Part shown: in pieces, positions 22,821 through 26,993 of the stretch
Position numbering within the stretch: the stretch's first letter is position 1
Layout of the letters: every line of letters begins with the position of its first letter
IMG/VR virus record: IMGVR_UViG_3300038393_002651
Location: 1 to 26,993 of that record
DNA length: 26,993 nt
Source of the DNA: a virus
Taxonomy: Duplodnaviria > Caudoviricetes
Reading direction: 5' to 3' (one strand)
Notes under the pieces: generated by a model
The model's database searches: none
Told to the model about the DNA's origin: nothing
What the model saw: only the letters and a program-made list of their open reading frames with translations
Made by a program: the position numbers and the translations under genes

Positions 22821-24778
22821 CCGCCGCGGCCCGCCTCAACACCGCCATCGCCCGCGCGCTCGCGCCGCGCAAGCCGCTCTCCGTGTCGCAGTGGGCGGAT
22901 GCCGAGCGCGTGCTCTCGAGCAAGGGCAGCGCGGAGCCGGGCCGCTGGCGCACGTCGCGCAACCCGCTCCTGCAGGAACCGATGGATGCGCTGTCGGCGC
23001 GAAGCTCCGCGCACGAAGTCGTGCTGCGATTTCCGATCCAATTCGGCAAGACCGAAGTAGCCATCAACTTCGTCGGCTACACGATGGACCACGACCCAGC
23101 GCCGATCATGGTCTGCCTGCCGGGCGAGGTCTCGATGAACAAGTGGTCGGCGCAGAAGCTGCAACCGGCCCTCGACGAGACGCCGGCGATGCAGCGGGCG
23201 CTCACCAGCGTGGCCAGTCGCGACGCCGCCAACCAGCGCACCTTCAAGGACTTCGCCGGCGGCCAGCTCTACCTCGAGCACGGTGGCAGCCCAAGCCGCC
23301 TGAAGTCGACGTCGGTGAAGAAGCTGGTGGTCGACGAGCTCGACGAGTTCGCCGCCAACCTGAGCGGAGGCGACGATCCGGTCGCGCTGCTCGACGGCCG
23401 CACCTCCGCCTTCCCTGGCTCGTTCAAGCGCCTGAAGATCGGTACGCCAACCATCCTCGGCCTGAGCCGCATCGACGGCGAGTTCGAGAAGTCCGATCAG
23501 CGCCGCTTCCACTTCGCCTGTCCTGACTGCCAGCACCCGCAACCGTTCGAGTGGAGCGGCCTGCATTGGACGCCCGACGGGTCGGATTGCTGGTACGCGT
23601 GCCGCGAGTGTGGCGTTGTCATCCGCGAGCACCAGAAGACGGCGCTGATCGCGGACGCATGGGCTCGCTGCCGAGCCGGCGCCACATCGGTCGGGTGGGT
23701 GCCGAAATACCCAGAGCGCAAGGTGCGCGGCTACACCACGAATTGCCTGTACTACCCAATTGGCCTCGGCCCGCGCTGGCTCGACTTGGTCGGCATGTGG
23801 CGTGACGCGCAGAACGACCCGGCCAAGCTCAAGACCTTCGTCAACGACCGCCTCGCCGAGCCGTGGGAAGACCCGGCGATGCGCGCGGTCAAGCACAACG
23901 TCATCGCCGATCGCGCCGAGCCCTACCGCCTGCGCACCGCGCCCGCCGGTGTGCTCGCGCTCACCGCCGGCGTCGACACGCAGGACAACCGCCTGGCCGT
24001 GCACCTCACCGGTTGGGGCCGCGGTTTGGCCGCGTGGACGCTCGACTACGTGGAGCTGCCCGGCGATCCGGCGGACGACGCCGTGTGGGTCGCGCTCATC
24101 GAGTTGCTCAACCGCCCGATCGAACACGCCAGCGGCGCGCTGCTGCGCGTGGAAGCGGTGGCGATCGACGCCGGCGGTCACCGCACCGAGGCGGTCAAGG
24201 CCTTCGTGCGCAGCCGCCGCGTGCGCCGCCCCATGGCCATCTTCGGCGCCATCCCCAACAACGCGCCCGTGTTGTCCAAAGGCAAACAGCAGGACATCAA
24301 CTGGCGCGGCCAGCTCGACAAGCGCGGCGTGCAGATCCATCACGTCGGCACCGTCGCGGTGAAACACCTGCTGTTCTCGCGCCTCAGCACTGACGCCGAG
24401 AAGCAATCGGACGCGCGTTTGGTGCACTTCAGCGACGAGCTGCCCCCGGAGTACTTCACTGGCCTCGCCAGCGAGACCTACAACCCAGCGAAGAACCGCT
24501 TCGACAAGCGCCGCGGCGCCCGCAACGAGCCGCTCGATACGTGGGTCTACAGCTACGCCGCCACACACCACCCTGAGCTGCGACTGCACCGCGCTAGTAA
24601 GTCCGACTGGGATGCGCGCGAGGCGCGTGTGCTCGCCGCCGCTGCGGCACCGGTCGCGAACGATTCCCGTGAAACATCCGCGGCGTCGGTGTCAGATGCG
24701 CCCGCAGAAGATTCCCGTGAAACACAACGCCGCCCACGCCGAGGTGGACTGGTCGATGGCGATTGGAGCATCGGATGA
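22817..24778 (+). CDS. terL: Terminase large subunit, GpA family
   Basis: SVSQWAD, PGRWRT, QFGKTE Walker A, VVDELD Walker B, LTAGVDTQ nuclease motif, RNEPLDTWVY. Confidence 0.95.
   Translation: MTAAARLNTAIARALAPRKPLSVSQWADAERVLSSKGSAEPGRWRTSRNPLLQEPMDALSARSSAHEVVLRFPIQFGKTEVAINFVGYTMDHDPAPIMVCLPGEVSMNKWSAQKLQPALDETPAMQRALTSVASRDAANQRTFKDFAGGQLYLEHGGSPSRLKSTSVKKLVVDELDEFAANLSGGDDPVALLDGRTSAFPGSFKRLKIGTPTILGLSRIDGEFEKSDQRRFHFACPDCQHPQPFEWSGLHWTPDGSDCWYACRECGVVIREHQKTALIADAWARCRAGATSVGWVPKYPERKVRGYTTNCLYYPIGLGPRWLDLVGMWRDAQNDPAKLKTFVNDRLAEPWEDPAMRAVKHNVIADRAEPYRLRTAPAGVLALTAGVDTQDNRLAVHLTGWGRGLAAWTLDYVELPGDPADDAVWVALIELLNRPIEHASGALLRVEAVAIDAGGHRTEAVKAFVRSRRVRRPMAIFGAIPNNAPVLSKGKQQDINWRGQLDKRGVQIHHVGTVAVKHLLFSRLSTDAEKQSDARLVHFSDELPPEYFTGLASETYNPAKNRFDKRRGARNEPLDTWVYSYAATHHPELRLHRASKSDWDAREARVLAAAAAPVANDSRETSAASVSDAPAEDSRETQRRPRRGGLVDGDWSIG
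24662..24724. repeat. Two identical 15-bp parS-like sites GATTCCCGTGAAACA (24662-24676, 24710-24724)
   Basis: Exact direct repeat; 13/16 match to the parS consensus TGTTTCACGTGAAACA with a perfect right half. Confidence 0.65.
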
Positions 24779-25086
24779 GCCGCGAGACTGACCGCACGGA
24801 AGCGCTGCGCCGCGAGTTGGTGGCTGCCATCGTGTCGCAGACGGGCATGCGCGAAGTGCTCGCCATGCCGATCGCCAGCAGCCTGCTTGCGTACCTGCAG
24901 GCGCAGTACGGCGGCGAGCGACTCTACATCCCACAGCCCGCGCGTCAGTTCGACCTGCTGCAGATCGAGGCCGCCCTGCGCGCCGGCGAGCCGCCGCACG
25001 CCGTCGCGCGCGCGCACGGCACCACCGTGCGCCAACTGCACCGCATGTTCCCCGGCGGGTTGCCCAAGGCTTCGAACGCGGCTTAG
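24775..25086 (+). CDS. Mor/C-family transcription activator
   Basis: YGGERLYIP signature plus C-terminal HTH; ATGA overlap with terL. Confidence 0.8.
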   Translation: MSRETDRTEALRRELVAAIVSQTGMREVLAMPIASSLLAYLQAQYGGERLYIPQPARQFDLLQIEAALRAGEPPHAVARAHGTTVRQLHRMFPGGLPKASNAA

Positions 25087-25203
25087 CGACAGGTTTTGGC
25101 AAAATCTGTCGCGTGTCCATCGCGAAACCTAGTAATCACGCGGCTTTGACGAAGCCGACTGCGACAGGTTTCGGCAGAAAGTGCGCTCGTAGCTCGCCAC
25201 CCT
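25086..25203 (+). promoter_or_regulatory. Putative activator-dependent late promoter
   Basis: GCGACAGGTTT(T/C)GGCA occurs twice (25086, 25161); the first copy is part of a 27-bp inverted repeat; -10-like CACCCT lies 7 nt before the gpW start. Confidence 0.55.
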
Positions 25204-25210
25204 GTACATC

Positions 25211-25441
25211 GTGGCGACACCCAACGAAACCCGTTTGCAGGCGTATCTGGACGCTGAGGCCAAGATCCTCAGCGGCCAGATCGTGCGCATGGGCGACCGG
25301 CAGTTGCAGCTTGCCGACCTGGCCACCGTCCAGGCGCAGATCACCCGGCTGCAGGCCGCGGTCAATCGCGAGCAGGCTGCAGCTGCCGGCCGCGGCGGCC
25401 GCTTCTCGCAGGCCGACTTCAGCGGCGGCGGTTGCGTATGA
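25211..25441 (+). CDS. Head-tail joining protein, gpW-like
   Basis: YLDAEAKILSGQ...GDRQLQLADL motif; lies between terminase and portal. Confidence 0.8.
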   Translation: MATPNETRLQAYLDAEAKILSGQIVRMGDRQLQLADLATVQAQITRLQAAVNREQAAAAGRGGRFSQADFSGGGCV

Positions 25442-26993
25442 GTCAGTCCGCGCTCGTCGCCCGCGATCGGGCTTACAGCATCGTTAGCGCCGATCGCCAG
25501 GCCATCGCTCAAGCGACGCAGCACGACGTCACCATTGCGGCGAAGGACAAGCAGATCGCCGTGCTTGCGCGCGCACACGAAGCCGTGCGGCCTTCGCGCC
25601 AGCGGAAGCTCGCGCCCGACTGGGGCGGTCCGAACCGCATCGTCGGGATGGATGCGAAGCAGCTGCGAGATAGCGCACGTGCTCTCTGCCGCGACCATGA
25701 TCTGGCCAAGTCGGTCCTCAAGGTTCTGATCCAGAACATCGTGGGCACGGGCATCGACGTCATTGCAGCGCCACGTCAGGCCGGCGGCGATGTCGACAAG
25801 GCCATTGCGCAGCGACTGCGCACGCTGTGGTCGGCGTGGTGGGACCGGCCAGAAGTGACTTGGCAGCACGACTTCGGCAAGGTGCAGCAGTTGCTGCTCA
25901 GCCATTACCTGCGCGACGGCGAATCGTTCTACCAATCGCTACTCGGTCCGGTTCCGTTCCTTGATCACGGCACGACAGTGCCGTTCTCGCTGGAGCTGCT
26001 GGCCGCCGATCTGGTGCCGCTCGATTTCACCGACGACAGCCGCGGCATCCTGCAGGGCGCCGAGCTCAACACGTGGGGCCGCGTCGTCGCGTGGCATGTG
26101 TTCAAGAAGCACCCTGGCGAAGACGGCGGGTACTCGACCGAAACGAAGCGCGTGAGCGCCGACCAGTTGCGGCAGTTCGCCCATATCGACGACATCCACC
26201 AAGTGCGCGGTCTCTCGATCTACGCGCCGGTGATCAATCGTCTGGTCGACATCCAGGACATCGAGCAGAGCGAGCGCATCGCCGCGAAGGTTGCCGCGTC
26301 GTTCTGTGCGCAGATCATCAAGGGCGATCCGGGTTCCTATCCCGAGGCCGAGGTCATCCAGCAGCTGCTCGCGGCCGCCGGACAAGCCTATCGCACCATG
26401 TCGATGGTGCCGGGCATGATCGGCGACGATCTGCTGCCCGGCGAACGCATCGAATCGATCGCCAGCAATCGTCCGAATCCGAACCTCGCCGATTACCTCA
26501 ACGACCAGGTGCGCCGCATCTCCGGCGCCACCGGTGCGAGCCATAGCTCCACGTCGCGCCGTTACGACGGCAATTACGGCGCGCAGCGGCAGGAGCTCGT
26601 CGAGACCTGGGGCGCCTACGCCATGCTGGGCGAGCAGTTCACGGCGCGGGTGATGCGTCCGATCTGGGCCGACTTCGTGCGTGCGGCGCTGCTGTCCGGG
26701 CTCGTGCGCATGCCGCGCGGGTGGACGTTCGAGGAGCTGTCCGCCGCGGCGTTCATCCGCCCGGTGATGCCATGGATCGACCCGCTCAAGGAAGCTTACG
26801 CGCGAGGCGAAGCCGAGGACCGCGGCTGGCAGGCGCCCCAGCAATCGATGCTGCAGATGGGCAACGACCCCGACGAGGTGCAGCGCCTGCGCGCCGACTG
26901 GGTAGCGCAGGGCAACACGCTGCCCACGCATCCCAGCGCGCCGGCGGCGACAGGCGCCCTTGCGTCAGGCGATCGCGCTGCGCTTCGCGGCGC
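25438..26993 (+). CDS. Portal protein, lambda family, 3'-truncated (absent from the ORF track because it has no stop)
   Basis: MSQSALVAR... open to the window end; NIVGTGI, RDGESF, QVRGLS, LLPGE, NYGAQRQELVE, MPWIDPLKE. Confidence 0.93.
   Translation, partial: MSQSALVARDRAYSIVSADRQAIAQATQHDVTIAAKDKQIAVLARAHEAVRPSRQRKLAPDWGGPNRIVGMDAKQLRDSARALCRDHDLAKSVLKVLIQNIVGTGIDVIAAPRQAGGDVDKAIAQRLRTLWSAWWDRPEVTWQHDFGKVQQLLLSHYLRDGESFYQSLLGPVPFLDHGTTVPFSLELLAADLVPLDFTDDSRGILQGAELNTWGRVVAWHVFKKHPGEDGGYSTETKRVSADQLRQFAHIDDIHQVRGLSIYAPVINRLVDIQDIEQSERIAAKVAASFCAQIIKGDPGSYPEAEVIQQLLAAAGQAYRTMSMVPGMIGDDLLPGERIESIASNRPNPNLADYLNDQVRRISGATGASHSSTSRRYDGNYGAQRQELVETWGAYAMLGEQFTARVMRPIWADFVRAALLSGLVRMPRGWTFEELSAAAFIRPVMPWIDPLKEAYARGEAEDRGWQAPQQSMLQMGNDPDEVQRLRADWVAQGNTLPTHPSAPAATGALASGDRAALRG

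Larger units (their letters stand above)
1..26993. mobile_element. Temperate tailed bacteriophage genome segment, non-integrated (attP) configuration
   Basis: Contiguous tail, attP, int/xis, immunity, replication, terminase and portal modules; phage genes lie on both sides of the att core. Confidence 0.95.

Noticed and set aside
24775-24789. Third SRET peptide at the Mor N-terminus as another parS
   Set aside because: The DNA (AGCCGCGAGACT) does not match the parS-like repeat.
463-26931. Long antisense ORFs (463..1857, 3250..4209, 19209..21071, 22772..24589, 25129..25935, 25939..26931 and similar)
   Set aside because: Shadow frames of well-supported genes in high-GC DNA.

Overview
This is a GC-rich temperate tailed-phage genome segment with no host chromosomal genes. 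A Xanthomonadales-like host is inferred from the tRNA-Asn att core and gene content. From left to right it holds: the distal tail/receptor-binding module (5'-truncated tail tip protein with an inserted sugar-binding-like domain and an appended beta-helix, an Mtd_N protein, a fibre-like protein and a SPRY protein); an oppositely oriented surface-modification cassette (SAM methyltransferase, small membrane protein, OafA-type acyltransferase); an intact attP (3' half of tRNA-Asn, terminator, IHF site, arm repeats); integrase and excisionase; a leftward early operon with an orphan ParB-like protein; a lambda-like pL/cI/pRM/pR/cro switch with CTTAAG-N4-CTTAAG operators; cII-like and TraR/DksA genes; a lambda-type cos-like motif placed upstream of the primase-helicase; an iteron origin; terS, an HTH gene and GpA-type terL; a Mor/C-family activator; gpW; and a 3'-truncated lambda-type portal. 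The most notable observations are two parS-like sites hidden in the terL C-terminal tail of a phage that also encodes an orphan ParB with a histone-H1-like tail, the displaced cos, the acyltransferase plus methyltransferase conversion cassette facing a multi-domain glycan-binding tail, and two candidate RNA-polymerase modulators (SutA-like and TraR/DksA). All family assignments are by eye from motifs; no database search was run.
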